From: Escherichia phage A73
DNA length: 64,000 nucleotides
Strand: one strand, 5' to 3'
Sequence record: OP778609
The notes under the pieces were generated by a model. That model ran no database searches. It saw only the letters and a list, made by a program, of their open reading frames with translations, and was not told the origin of the DNA. Of the stretch, positions 51,880 through 62,163 are shown piece by piece (the first letter of the stretch is position 1; every line of letters begins with the position of its first letter). The position numbers and the translations under genes were made by a program.

Positions 51880-54138
51880 TCACAATTTGCAAGCACCTGA
51901 TTCGCAACCATCATCCTCTTCATCTTCACCATCGCGAGTTTCTTGATAGTAAACAGTTTTCAAGCCAATCTTGTAAGCATACATCAGGTCACGCAGTACA
52001 ATCTTAATTGGCAGTTTGCCACCTGGATAATCCCAAGGTTTGTAGAAGGTATTGGTCGAGATCGACTGGTCAATAAACTTCTGGATGATAGCCATCAGGT
52101 TAAGATAAGCTGTCGGTCCGTTCATATCCCATTTGTACTCGTACACCACACCTTCCTCACCAACACCAGGAACCAGCGTCGGAAGCATACCCGCAGGTGA
52201 CTTCTTAAACGTCACCGGACCACGAGGAGGTTCAATCCCGTTGGTAGAGTTGGTGATCTGGCTTGATGTTTCACAAGGCATCATTGTGGACAACGTTGAG
52301 TTACGTAATCCGTGCAATGCGATATCCAGACGCAAACTTTCCCAATCTTGTTGCAATTCTGCGGTATGCAACTGATCAACTTCTTTCTTGTAGCGATCGA
52401 TAGGTAAGATGCCACGAGAATAAGATGTTTGATCGTACCACTCACAAGAACCACGCTCTTTTGCCAACTGAACAGAAGCTTTCAGCAGGTAGAACTGGAA
52501 TGCTTCCGCGAGTTTATGAACTTCATTGGCAGCTTCTGGCGAACTATATTTGAGTCCACGTTTAGCTAAGTAATACGCCAAGTTAGTCCAGCCAATACCC
52601 AAAGTACGACGCAGTAACGTTTTCTCTGCTGCAAGAACAGGGTAGTTCTGATAATCAAGCAGGTTATCAAGAGCACGTACCGTGATCATAACAGGTTCTT
52701 CTAAATCTTCAAGCTTCTCGATCTTCCCGAGGTTGATTGCTGATAAAGTACACAGTGCAACTTCACCAGAATCTTTCGGGTCCTTAATGTTATTGATCGG
52801 GGCCGTAGGTAATGCAATTTCCATACACAGATTAGACTGCTTAATCGGAGCCACATCAGGAAGGAACGGACTGTTGCTATTGCAGTGGTCAACGTTCTGA
52901 ATATAAATACGACCTGTCTGGCTACGTTCTTGAGCTAAACGAGTGAAAGCATCCGTCGCTTCAAGCTCTTTGCGAGGAATGGAAGGGTCTGCTTCCAATT
53001 TCTCATACAGTTCTGCAAATGCTTCTTGATCCGAGAAGAAGTGTTTATACAGATCGCCGTTTGCTACGTTTGGATGGAAGAAACTGATCTTGCCACCTTT
53101 CTGTAAACGAGTATAGAAGAACTTGTTGATCTGAACACCATAGTCAACATGTCGTGCACGGGTGCTTTCAGTACCACGGTTGTTCTTCATTACGATCAGA
53201 TTTTCAAAGTCCCAGTGCCAAATCGGGTAGAAGTAGTTAGCTGAAGCTTTACGCAGACCACCTTGAGATGCCCAACCTAAAGATTCTTGATACATTCGAA
53301 CAATGCCGACCGTACCTGCATGTTTAACTTCCCCGCCGCGAATAGGAGCGTCCTGTCCACGAATAGCACCAAAGTTCAAACCGATACCTGCTCGCTGTGC
53401 TGCATACTTACCTTGTGCTTCAACTGCGGCAAAGATCTGGTTAATATCATCACCAGATTCAATCAGTACACAAGAACTGAATTGGCGAGTCGGAGTTCGT
53501 ACACCACCCATAATCGGAGTAGGCAGAGAAACCTTCATGGTAGAAACCATATTGTACAGATCAATCACTTTTTGTAGACGCTTCTTAGGATCTTCTTTAC
53601 TCATCAAGCACATTGCGATCAGCATCAGTGCTGTCTGAGGAGATTCAAAGATTTCACCTGTTACACGATCCTTGACCAGATATTTATCTTCGTACTGACG
53701 CATAGCTGCGTAAGTGTAATCAAAATCACGGTCATGATCGATAACTGTATCTAAAAATTCAATCTCTTCTTTCGTGTAATCTGAAATCAGATGTTCATCG
53801 TATTTACCGCGAGCCACAGTCATAAGAATGTGAGCGTACAGTGGACGAGGTTCAAAACCACCATAAGCCTGCTTACGCAGTTTAAACAGAAGCAGACGTG
53901 CTGCTGGATACTGATAGTTTGGACTTTCTACACTAATTAGGTCCGCTGCGGACTTGATCAGGGTATCGTGGATCGCGTCTGTTTCTACACCATCATACAT
54001 CTGAATCTGAGATTTCATCAGGATATCAGAAGGACTTACATCATTAACCCCTTCACAAGACCAAACTACAACACGGTTGATTTTCTCAGCTTCGAATTTC
54101 TCTACAGAACCATTACGCTTACGAACAGTAATACCCAA
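51880..54138 (-). CDS. nrdA: ribonucleotide reductase class Ia alpha subunit
   Basis: 752 aa; ATP-cone N-terminus VRKRNGSVEKFEAEKI; C-terminal Cys pair CESGACKL; TTG start after AAGGAGA. Confidence 0.85.
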   Translation of the reverse strand: MGITVRKRNGSVEKFEAEKINRVVVWSCEGVNDVSPSDILMKSQIQMYDGVETDAIHDTLIKSAADLISVESPNYQYPAARLLLFKLRKQAYGGFEPRPLYAHILMTVARGKYDEHLISDYTKEEIEFLDTVIDHDRDFDYTYAAMRQYEDKYLVKDRVTGEIFESPQTALMLIAMCLMSKEDPKKRLQKVIDLYNMVSTMKVSLPTPIMGGVRTPTRQFSSCVLIESGDDINQIFAAVEAQGKYAAQRAGIGLNFGAIRGQDAPIRGGEVKHAGTVGIVRMYQESLGWASQGGLRKASANYFYPIWHWDFENLIVMKNNRGTESTRARHVDYGVQINKFFYTRLQKGGKISFFHPNVANGDLYKHFFSDQEAFAELYEKLEADPSIPRKELEATDAFTRLAQERSQTGRIYIQNVDHCNSNSPFLPDVAPIKQSNLCMEIALPTAPINNIKDPKDSGEVALCTLSAINLGKIEKLEDLEEPVMITVRALDNLLDYQNYPVLAAEKTLLRRTLGIGWTNLAYYLAKRGLKYSSPEAANEVHKLAEAFQFYLLKASVQLAKERGSCEWYDQTSYSRGILPIDRYKKEVDQLHTAELQQDWESLRLDIALHGLRNSTLSTMMPCETSSQITNSTNGIEPPRGPVTFKKSPAGMLPTLVPGVGEEGVVYEYKWDMNGPTAYLNLMAIIQKFIDQSISTNTFYKPWDYPGGKLPIKIVLRDLMYAYKIGLKTVYYQETRDGEDEEDDGCESGACKL

Positions 54139-54149
54139 TTTATTTCTCC

Positions 54150-54398
54150 TTATTTAGTTTCAGTTTTAGTTGCAGACTTGTTGATCAGGGTATCATATTT
54201 ATCGACATTTTCAAGTGTCGGTTCACCTAATCGAACAGTTAATCCAGAATATTGATCGTGGTAAGTGTCGTCATAACCAAACGAGTCATCAACCAGATCA
54301 TTAAACTGCAACCAACCTAAGTATTCATGCTTGCTTGCAAAACCACGCTGGAACCATTTAGTTTGTTCAACCGGAACTGTTAATTTAGATTTACCCAT
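54150..54398 (-). CDS. hypothetical protein (82 aa)
   Basis: ATG verified. Confidence 0.5.
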   Translation of the reverse strand: MGKSKLTVPVEQTKWFQRGFASKHEYLGWLQFNDLVDDSFGYDDTYHDQYSGLTVRLGEPTLENVDKYDTLINKSATKTETK

Positions 54399-54412
54399 AA
54401 TATCTCTCCTTA

Positions 54413-54886
54413 TTATTTAATCAGTGTTTCAGAAAACTCAGGAAGATCCATAACGATTGTTTCGGAACGATCTTCTTTTCGTGTGTACTTACGGGTATTC
54501 ACCTTTTCAACAACCGGAATATCAAAATCTAAAGAGTTAACAAAAGCTGTTGCTTTTGAACTTCTAACATCCAGAATGTCCATCTTTTCATAGATATCTA
54601 CCAGCGGGAATTCTGATTTGTCACGTAGACGTCCAGAAAACACTGTTGTTTCACGGCAAAGGTACGGCTTGTCGATACAACGCACATTCACTCGGTTAAT
54701 TCGGTCAATCTGGCAAGGTTTATATTCACCAGTCTCTTCATTCAGAATTGAAACTTGGAAACCGATCAGGTGAAGGACTTTACGAAGAGTTTTGTCATCC
54801 TTCGGGTCGAAGTTCATGATTTTTGCACATTCCAAAATGAAATCCAGAGTTACTGCACCGTATTTAACTTCTTTCTTAAAACCCAT
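54413..54886 (-). CDS. hypothetical protein (157 aa)
   Basis: ATG 54886 preceded by GAGGAG; track start 54907. Confidence 0.5.
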   Translation of the reverse strand: MGFKKEVKYGAVTLDFILECAKIMNFDPKDDKTLRKVLHLIGFQVSILNEETGEYKPCQIDRINRVNVRCIDKPYLCRETTVFSGRLRDKSEFPLVDIYEKMDILDVRSSKATAFVNSLDFDIPVVEKVNTRKYTRKEDRSETIVMDLPEFSETLIK

Positions 54887-54973
54887 TTTAATCTCCTCGT
54901 ACAACATTTTAAAAGTGGGGCAACATGCCCCAGCGCCGATAATGATATAAAATTAACTAACCAATGTCAATAA

Positions 54974-55996
54974 TTATTTTGCAACATGTCCAGGAATTAA
55001 CTGACGATGTTGAACAAACCCTTTCAGGTTACCACTCCAGAAGTTACCGTCGCGATCTACGTGAGTAATGCCTTCTTCCCAAGATTCTGGACACCACGGC
55101 ACGTTCACCATGCTCTGCCCTTCTTCAACATCCTCACACGTTTCCTGGATCTCCTTCGCCTGATGCTCGAATGGAGAAGCGTGAACCTTTTTACCCGATA
55201 CAAGCTTGGCATAAATATCCAGAGCCTTATCTTTCGTATTGTTAAGACGACGATAACTTACCTGCCCACAACAAGAGGAAGAGATAGACAAAGCTTCTTC
55301 TTCAGACAGCATAATATGATTACCATCTTCATCCTGTACACAATACCCTGCGAAAATATGTCCATCGCCCAAAGGTCCAGAGTCGAAGCAATGATCTACG
55401 TAAGGAGTATGCCACACCCCAGGCTGTAACCATTCTGGAGTAGAAGCTTTATAAGCTTCGTGCATTTTCTTAGCCAATACTTCGATCGTTGGATCTGCAT
55501 CTGCATCAACACGTAGCCAGAAGAAGTTTTCAAATTCCGTTGCTGTAACGATAGTCTTCATCATCTGGAACGGTTCGATCAATCGGTTAGCAATCTGCTT
55601 ATGGAACCCTGCCGTCTCGAAACGTTCTGCCCATTCACAGGCATTTTCCGCAGCCTTGGCCCAAGCTTCTCGTCCGGTACAGTACAGTTCATGACACACG
55701 CCACTTGTATCTTCCACCCAATCATACCATACTTTACCATCATGTTCTGTTCCTTTATCCTGCATACCAGGTTGGTTAGCACCAAATCGAACAGGCATTG
55801 CCATATTTTCACGGATCAGTTTAACCATTGTCTTGATCGGCACTGCACGAGAAGACATTGCATTTCGGCTAAACAGTCGGTGCGTCATAAGTTCTGAGTG
55901 AATGAATCGAGGATAGGTCAATTCAAACGTGGTGATACGAGCTTTACTACGGTAGCCAACAGAATCTGCAATAATACGGGCTTCAATCATGGACAT
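54974..55996 (-). CDS. thyX: flavin-dependent thymidylate synthase
   Basis: ThyX signature region FIHSELMTHRLFSRNAMSSRAV (variant of RHR-x7-S); 340 aa. Confidence 0.7.
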   Translation of the reverse strand: MSMIEARIIADSVGYRSKARITTFELTYPRFIHSELMTHRLFSRNAMSSRAVPIKTMVKLIRENMAMPVRFGANQPGMQDKGTEHDGKVWYDWVEDTSGVCHELYCTGREAWAKAAENACEWAERFETAGFHKQIANRLIEPFQMMKTIVTATEFENFFWLRVDADADPTIEVLAKKMHEAYKASTPEWLQPGVWHTPYVDHCFDSGPLGDGHIFAGYCVQDEDGNHIMLSEEEALSISSSCCGQVSYRRLNNTKDKALDIYAKLVSGKKVHASPFEHQAKEIQETCEDVEEGQSMVNVPWCPESWEEGITHVDRDGNFWSGNLKGFVQHRQLIPGHVAK

Positions 55997-56012
55997 TCAA
56001 ATCTCCTCTCTA

Positions 56013-56219
56013 TTAATTTAAATCTTCAACAAATTGTGGCAAGTAATCTTCAATTGGGCGACTCAAATCATTTTCTCTTACAATTTCCAAGTTAGCAAGT
56101 CTTTTCTTTGCCAAGTAAGAAATAAATTCCTTAGTATCTACCCTGTGCCCTTCTAGTGCCAACTTACCGTCAATATAAACACCTTCCCAATCTTCACCTT
56201 CGAAAAATACTATTTTCAT
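56013..56219 (-). CDS. hypothetical protein (68 aa)
   Basis: ATG verified. Confidence 0.5.
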   Translation of the reverse strand: MKIVFFEGEDWEGVYIDGKLALEGHRVDTKEFISYLAKKRLANLEIVRENDLSRPIEDYLPQFVEDLN

Positions 56220-56401
56220 TTTATTTTCCTGATTTTGTAATCAACACGAACATCATACATAACGTGAAGATACATGTCAAACATTTCTTTGCACATATCG
56301 CTTTTTACTTTGAAGGAAGCCAAAAGGCTTCCATTTTCTTTAGAAAGGATCTCTACATAATCCCCTTCCCTAACTACCCACCTTCCTTTACCACATCTCA
56401 A
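56216..56401 (-). CDS. hypothetical protein (61 aa)
   Basis: TTG start; overlaps neighbours by 4 nt. Confidence 0.4.
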   Translation of the reverse strand: MRCGKGRWVVREGDYVEILSKENGSLLASFKVKSDMCKEMFDMYLHVMYDVRVDYKIRKIK

Positions 56402-57003
56402 GATTCTCTCTCCAAAATAAATTCAGCAATCGATGCCCAATCGCTAGTTACCAAGTCGTAACATCCGATCTCTTCTTCATCTTGACTGAAGGGTGTATCA
56501 TACTTGATTTTTACTACCTTGTCACTAAATTGATTCAAAAATTTATTACGATCATCAATGATGTAATCACCCGAAACTCCAGCCTTGTACTTTGTAGCAT
56601 AAAATCCACACCCGTCTGTTCCATTTTCAAGGTCCAGGTTAGGGAAGTGTCTCTTCAAGAAACGAACCTTACTGCTAAAATGACCTTTCTTGCAATAAGA
56701 AACAAACCGAATAGGGAATCCTGCGGCATGTAACTTGTTGATTGCATCTACCGCCCCCGCAATAGGGAACATCTTATCATACAAGAAAGGATCTTCCCAA
56801 TAATCATAAGGAGGGATAGCCTTCTTACAGCGATCAGGGAAGTACCGAGAAAGATTGTAATCAAAATACCCATTCTCGCTAATGTCCTTGTCCATAAGGT
56901 CAGAATCAGCCTCCATATTATAGATGCTTTCCATCCAGTGCAACCAAGGCCATCCAGAATCAACGATAGTTAAGTCAACATCCACAATGATCGCTTTTTT
57001 CAT
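56398..57003 (-). CDS. HAD-superfamily phosphatase (putative 5'-nucleotidase)
   Basis: N-terminal DxD motif (IIVDVDLTIVD); 201 aa; sits next to dNMP kinase. Confidence 0.55.
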   Translation of the reverse strand: MKKAIIVDVDLTIVDSGWPWLHWMESIYNMEADSDLMDKDISENGYFDYNLSRYFPDRCKKAIPPYDYWEDPFLYDKMFPIAGAVDAINKLHAAGFPIRFVSYCKKGHFSSKVRFLKRHFPNLDLENGTDGCGFYATKYKAGVSGDYIIDDRNKFLNQFSDKVVKIKYDTPFSQDEEEIGCYDLVTSDWASIAEFILERES

Positions 57004-57642
57004 TTACTCTTTCCCCTCTGAGAGTTTGATAATTAATTTTGCAGTTTCAGTTAGCTTACCATTAACGTTTTCAACGTCGAAATCTCTAGGTCGTGCACTT
57101 TCAGGGAAATTCTCAGAGTAAATATAATTACGAGAATCACCTTCAAAAGTTAATTTATTACCTGTTCGTGGATCAGTACGATGTAAACGGATCAGGGTGT
57201 AATCACCATTTACCGCTTTAACTACCGGAACACTTTCATGAATAAATCCACCATCAGAGCTAATAAATGTACAAGTATAACCATCCATTTCCATACTTTT
57301 CGCAATATCTTTAACACGCTTGGCAAGAGCAACACCGAAGTATTCTTCCCCGAAGAGAGGCTTCGCAACATTCTCCGAGATGTGGATCAGCCAGTTACGT
57401 GGGGACACTTGTTTACCTGCAACATTAAAATATGGTTGAGGTACTTCTTTATAATCACGGTGGTAAAGTGCATCCCACAGTTCACGATTAATACCTGCAA
57501 TACGAATAGCTAGATCGATAAGGGAACCTTTAAACTCCACATGAATACCCACGTTGTTGCCTACGGTAACTAACTGAGCGATCTCACCAGCAAGAGCATC
57601 TTTACCAGAAAAAGCAGGACCATTCAAATTGATAAATTTCAT
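57004..57642 (-). CDS. P-loop nucleotide kinase (putative dNMP kinase)
   Basis: Walker A GPAFSGKD at N-terminus; 212 aa. Confidence 0.5.
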   Translation of the reverse strand: MKFINLNGPAFSGKDALAGEIAQLVTVGNNVGIHVEFKGSLIDLAIRIAGINRELWDALYHRDYKEVPQPYFNVAGKQVSPRNWLIHISENVAKPLFGEEYFGVALAKRVKDIAKSMEMDGYTCTFISSDGGFIHESVPVVKAVNGDYTLIRLHRTDPRTGNKLTFEGDSRNYIYSENFPESARPRDFDVENVNGKLTETAKLIIKLSEGKE

Positions 57643-57664
57643 ATTAATCTCCTCTCAGTTTCAC

Positions 57665-57690
57665 AATAAAAAACCGCCCCGAAGGGCGGT
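57665..57690 (-). terminator. rho-independent terminator AACCGCCC-TTCG-GGGCGGTT + T6
   Basis: third copy of the AACCGCC..GGCGGTT terminator type. Confidence 0.8.
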
Positions 57691-57700
57691 TAAATCAAAA

Positions 57701-58795
57701 TTACAGAATGTTTGCCAGCGTTTTCTTCATCGCTGCCTTCTCGCGAACATTCTGACGATCTCGTGCACAAGAACCACATTCTTGACAACGATAAATCTTG
57801 AACTTAGACAAGAACGTTACTGCTGACTTACCTTCCTCAATAACCAGGTCGTCACTACCACAACGAACACAACGCATTGCCGTCTGATCTTTGTGGAACA
57901 ATGCAATGTTCGGATGTTTACGCATGAAAGGTCGTACAGTCAGATACAGTTCTTCCAGCGTTGGAATATCACCAATGTTATATTCTTCCATCTCTTCAAA
58001 TGCGGTTGGGTCACCTTCAACACAACGTCGCCACAGACTGAAACCTTCGTGCGACAGCTTACGACTATCAAGTTCAAAATAGTTACATGCTGCTTCAAGT
58101 GCATTTGAAGGAAGAGAGAAAGCTTCTTTCAGTGCAGCCAATGTATCGATCGTAATGTAAGGACTTGGTGGTTGCATACCGTAGTATGCGAAACGCTGAT
58201 TTGCCCAACCACGGTCAAAGCGAGCATTATGTGCGATGAAGATATCACATTCATCCAGAACTTTCCACAGGTCTTCGATCAACTTACGATCTGACTGGTG
58301 ATCTCGTGCAAACTCTTCTGGATAATCCGTCAGCTTACGGCTGAAGATCGACGGGTTGTGCAACCACTTACCAGCGAATGTCAGCATGTACGGTTCCATA
58401 ATTACCTGCTTCGGTGCAATGAACTGTTTAAATCGTCCAAACGAATATGCAACAGAAGGAGATGTTTCAACGTCACCAAGGAAAACTTTAGCACCTGGGT
58501 TCTGCTCTTTGATCTTTTCAATGAAATCTTTTTGAATCTTAGCAACAGGTTCACCACTCGACTCTTTCTGCTGCATATATTCCGCATAGTTTTCGTAATC
58601 TTCATAGGCCGGAGTAATTTCAAGGAGTTCCTTAACACTTGAAACATCATTCTTTTCAATTTCACGACGGATCATATTACGAACCGTGGATTCCTGAGAC
58701 TCTTTACCCAATTGGCGAGCTACTTCACGCTGAGACAGACCGTGTTTCATCAGTTGCAGAACTTGTTCAACAGTAAAAGTTACTTTATTAGTCAC
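57701..58795 (-). CDS. DEDDh 3'-5' exonuclease with N-terminal HTH and C-terminal zinc ribbon
   Basis: HTH-like LSQREVARQLG; Exo I FLGDVETS; Exo III FIAHNARFD; C-terminal CVRCG..CQECGSC; GTG start after AAGGAG. Confidence 0.6.
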   Translation of the reverse strand: MTNKVTFTVEQVLQLMKHGLSQREVARQLGKESQESTVRNMIRREIEKNDVSSVKELLEITPAYEDYENYAEYMQQKESSGEPVAKIQKDFIEKIKEQNPGAKVFLGDVETSPSVAYSFGRFKQFIAPKQVIMEPYMLTFAGKWLHNPSIFSRKLTDYPEEFARDHQSDRKLIEDLWKVLDECDIFIAHNARFDRGWANQRFAYYGMQPPSPYITIDTLAALKEAFSLPSNALEAACNYFELDSRKLSHEGFSLWRRCVEGDPTAFEEMEEYNIGDIPTLEELYLTVRPFMRKHPNIALFHKDQTAMRCVRCGSDDLVIEEGKSAVTFLSKFKIYRCQECGSCARDRQNVREKAAMKKTLANIL

Positions 58796-58805
58796 TAAAA
58801 ACTCC

Positions 58806-59033
58806 TTATTTAAAAAATTCGATTACATCGGCAACAGCAAAGTCACGGATATCTTGTTTATCTACATCATACGCTTTCATAAACCACTGTTCGCCACGAT
58901 GATAGGGCGATTCACCATACCACATCACTGGCGTTCCAGTTACAGTACGATAACCACACTCACCTTTCCAATTGCGATAATAAAACCGCAGGGTTGGTAA
59001 ACCGTAGGTGTTATGGTCAACTTCTTGACTCAT
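58806..59033 (-). CDS. hypothetical protein (75 aa)
   Basis: ATG 59033 preceded by GAGGAGG; track start 59051 is TTG. Confidence 0.45.
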   Translation of the reverse strand: MSQEVDHNTYGLPTLRFYYRNWKGECGYRTVTGTPVMWYGESPYHRGEQWFMKAYDVDKQDIRDFAVADVIEFFK

Positions 59034-59595
59034 ACAAATAACCCTCCTCAAGTTTATCGATAAACGCTTTTACATAAAGAGTTATCATCTCTCCTTTATC
59101 CAAGCTCTCATCGATAACTACATTGTATCTCAATAAAGCGTTCGTTGCAATTGTTTCTTTCTTTAATCTCTTCAAATATTTTTTCAGGTCAGCAACAATC
59201 TCACCATGAAATTTCCTTGAAGAGTAATCCCTTTCGAGATAGTCAGCCATTCTACGCAGAACTTCACTCATTGTCAAGTCTGTTTTATCTTCCATATGTT
59301 TAGACCAAAGTTTTTGTACACCACCTTCGAAAAGGTTAAGAGTGCTTCCAATAACGCCCCTTACCTTTCCGTCGAAGTGGTCATGGTCCAAACAAGGCTT
59401 CTCCATAACTTCACCCAGTATAGCACAAACTCCTTGTTGGTCAAGCAATATTTCATCACGATATTTTGCTATTTCTTTTGACCCACTTACCCAAAGATCC
59501 TTATTTAGTTTCACACGGATAGGTGTAGTCGCCTTATCCTTTGCTGTGAATAGAGGCTTCTTTGACCGCCGCTTCCTCACTCTCGGTACTCGCAT
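59017..59595 (-). CDS. endonuclease VII-like (His-Me finger) junction-resolving nuclease
   Basis: CAILGEVMEKPCLDHDHFDGKVRGVIGSTLN matches the C..C..LDHDH..G.VRG core. Confidence 0.55.
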   Translation of the reverse strand: MRVPRVRKRRSKKPLFTAKDKATTPIRVKLNKDLWVSGSKEIAKYRDEILLDQQGVCAILGEVMEKPCLDHDHFDGKVRGVIGSTLNLFEGGVQKLWSKHMEDKTDLTMSEVLRRMADYLERDYSSRKFHGEIVADLKKYLKRLKKETIATNALLRYNVVIDESLDKGEMITLYVKAFIDKLEEGYLYESRS

Positions 59596-60202
59596 GTACT
59601 CCCTCCAAGGCTAAAGCCATTAATAACTCACCATGTGTTGGTTCAAGAGGGTTTTCAAAATACTCTTCCATTCCGAAACGATAAAGTGACATTGGGAAGT
59701 TTATACTACTAAACAAGCTGTTGTCAACATTATTTTTAAATTCCGGTGGAACGTTCGTATCAAATTCCCTAAAGAATTCAGATCGACTAGAGTTTATAAA
59801 AACCCTTAGAGCATTATCAAAAATTGGATTACCTTTTTGCTTAGTCAGATAAAGCAATTCTTTTAGCGAAGCCTTATCAGAAACAGACTTAAAAGAATAT
59901 CCACTGATGATGATCTCGTCAAAACACATACCCCTGACTTTTTGCCAGAAAGACCACTGTGCAGAACTGATCGTCTGAATGTGCATGTTCAGCTTAGATC
60001 GTTCATTAAACAGGTTTATATCGTAACCACTACGATCTTTCTGATAAGAACCAAACCCCAAGCTATTTGCAGTGTGCTTCAGTTTAGCAATGAAATCCCC
60101 CCTTTCGAGGGTATTCCAACAGATCACTAATTTCTTACTCTGGTAAAACTCTTCAGATTCATAGCGTTCAATAACCGTTTCGTTCAAGGTAGCATCTCCC
60201 AA
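59534..60202 (-). CDS. hypothetical protein (222 aa)
   Basis: TTG start; overlaps neighbours; start uncertain. Confidence 0.4.
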   Translation of the reverse strand: MGDATLNETVIERYESEEFYQSKKLVICWNTLERGDFIAKLKHTANSLGFGSYQKDRSGYDINLFNERSKLNMHIQTISSAQWSFWQKVRGMCFDEIIISGYSFKSVSDKASLKELLYLTKQKGNPIFDNALRVFINSSRSEFFREFDTNVPPEFKNNVDNSLFSSINFPMSLYRFGMEEYFENPLEPTHGELLMALALEGVHASTESEEAAVKEASIHSKG

Positions 60203-60746
60203 TTAAGTAGGCATCTGCAAGATCTGTAGACCCGCCGTTCTTACCCGTCTTTGAATATCCAGCTAAAAACCCAGGTTCCATCAACTCGCAAACCTTCATC
60301 ATTTGATCTTTATCCATTTTAATTTTTTCCATCTTCGTACCTTTTGCATTCATCACTTCTTGTTCTTCACCAGGTAACTTACCTCGTGCCCAAGATTTAA
60401 CGGATGTTGGTGCAATTGTGTGTATGTTGTCCATACTATACCCATCTCGAAGCAGTGTCAACTGAATACAGAAAAATAATCCTGCAAGATCCCTTGTCGC
60501 ATTACCAGCAGAGCCGAAACTCAAAGACTCCAATACGATCTTCTCAACCTTAAAAGATTCACAAATATCTGCAATGTGTCTAGAGATGTATGCCATCTGC
60601 TCGACAGGGTTGTCAAATCGAATCTGCCAGTCCTTGGCATTTGCAGATCCAGTGGTTTTTAATACCTCTTTAAAGATCGGTTCATTACCGTCAAAAACTA
60701 CACATGCACAAGAAGCCATACTCTGATCGATGGATAAAATTTTCAC
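60168..60746 (-). CDS. RuvC-like (RNase H-fold) resolvase
   Basis: N-terminal KILSIDQSMASCACVVF and ESLSFGSAGNATRDLAG resemble RuvC catalytic strands; GTG start. Confidence 0.45.
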   Translation of the reverse strand: MKILSIDQSMASCACVVFDGNEPIFKEVLKTTGSANAKDWQIRFDNPVEQMAYISRHIADICESFKVEKIVLESLSFGSAGNATRDLAGLFFCIQLTLLRDGYSMDNIHTIAPTSVKSWARGKLPGEEQEVMNAKGTKMEKIKMDKDQMMKVCELMEPGFLAGYSKTGKNGGSTDLADAYLIGRCYLERNGY

Positions 60747-61054
60747 GCTGATTCCCCTTCTTCGGTATTATCAAGATAATGATACTGGTCGATTAAGAAC
60801 ACATAGTTCTTTACTTCTCCGTCCATGTAAACCATAAAAGTTACATATTTCTCATCATAGAACGGATCACCAACAACATAGATCTGGCAGATAGAATCAA
60901 CACGTTTGTCAAACCACTGGATTCGCCAAGGCTCCTCAAGCATAGTCCAAGGTTCTTCAATCTTGTAGACCTGGCGCTTTGCGCCAGGAACGAGTGCTGC
61001 ACGAATTTCGTCAGCGATCATAACATCATCAAAACTCTCAGAAAAACCCGACAT
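60743..61054 (-). CDS. hypothetical protein (103 aa)
   Basis: ATG verified. Confidence 0.5.
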   Translation of the reverse strand: MSGFSESFDDVMIADEIRAALVPGAKRQVYKIEEPWTMLEEPWRIQWFDKRVDSICQIYVVGDPFYDEKYVTFMVYMDGEVKNYVFLIDQYHYLDNTEEGESA

Positions 61055-62163
61055 TAAATACCTACCCGTTTTAAAGTTGAGGCTAATGTTGTCTTATCAT
61101 TTTCTGTACGCTTCATATAAACACACTGGAAAATGACAGAAGCCCACTGACCCGCCGAAAACTTACGATGATTACCTAAATGATCTGTGTATTCAACACC
61201 ATCAGGAAACCACTTCTTATATTGATCAATAATAGCCAACCACATACTCTTCTCGTCTGCACAAGGGGAGATGACCTGGAAAGCCGATGTTTCACCAAAG
61301 CGAAGACCCTCGAAGGTTTGATATGGTTTAACGTTATCCGCTGCATCACCAAATAGCATTTGGTAACCGAAGAATTTCTTACCCCAACCTTTTACCTTAC
61401 CAGACTCCATCCAGATCTCACCCATAGAATCATCGATCAACCAAAGTTCAGGATGTTTCCATGTACGCTCTGTTGAGTCACGCATTGTGTTAAACAACAA
61501 AGAAGGAACCTGAACCTGATCCTTATCGAATGATGCCACAATATGACTAAACTTTCCAGTCTTCCGATAATTTAAATATCCTTTATATCCAAGGATCGAT
61601 AAATAATCATCTGCCTCAATACCATCCACAATGATCGCACCATACTTCTGCTGAACATATCGACGAGTCTCCCCAAGCAACAGAGGACGTAAAGTATCTT
61701 CACGGTTACCCTTATAGATCTCAGGGGTCGGGAGTGCAAGACGGAAGTTACCACTCCCACCTAAAACACCAAGCCCGTTTGCTGATCCTACGTGTTCAAG
61801 AATAGCATTGATCTTAATCTTCAATAAGTGAAGACAGTTCTCCACTGGTTCTGGAGTTTGCTTTTCAATGATCTCGAAATCATCACGGGTCCACGGAGTA
61901 AATTCTTTTCCGCGAGCAACCGCTTTTGCTTCCATATTAATGTTTTGGTCTTTTAACCATCCACCAACAACATTCTTTTGGCGACCCCAGAATTCTGTTC
62001 GATTTTTAAACTCTTTCTCTCGGCCTGTTTCTTTGTGCCGAGCAATGATCGTTCGCTTCTCTGCACCTGCCGCAGCCACGTATGCTGTCTGGTCCAGATC
62101 CAATGCCACGACAACATTATCTTCGACAATACCTGACCAATCTTTAATTACCGGATAACCCAT
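61054..62163 (-). CDS. possible FEN/5'-3' exonuclease-like protein (369 aa)
   Basis: motif VDGIEADDYLSILG resembles FEN E-A-D-D acidic cluster; weak call. Confidence 0.3.
   Translation of the reverse strand: MGYPVIKDWSGIVEDNVVVALDLDQTAYVAAAGAEKRTIIARHKETGREKEFKNRTEFWGRQKNVVGGWLKDQNINMEAKAVARGKEFTPWTRDDFEIIEKQTPEPVENCLHLLKIKINAILEHVGSANGLGVLGGSGNFRLALPTPEIYKGNREDTLRPLLLGETRRYVQQKYGAIIVDGIEADDYLSILGYKGYLNYRKTGKFSHIVASFDKDQVQVPSLLFNTMRDSTERTWKHPELWLIDDSMGEIWMESGKVKGWGKKFFGYQMLFGDAADNVKPYQTFEGLRFGETSAFQVISPCADEKSMWLAIIDQYKKWFPDGVEYTDHLGNHRKFSAGQWASVIFQCVYMKRTENDKTTLASTLKRVGI

Noticed and set aside
52133-53638. Plus-strand ORFs inside nrdA (52133-52375, 52682-52900, 53287-53577, 53303-53638)
   Set aside because: They are antisense to a well-supported 752-aa nrdA reading frame and show no start signals.
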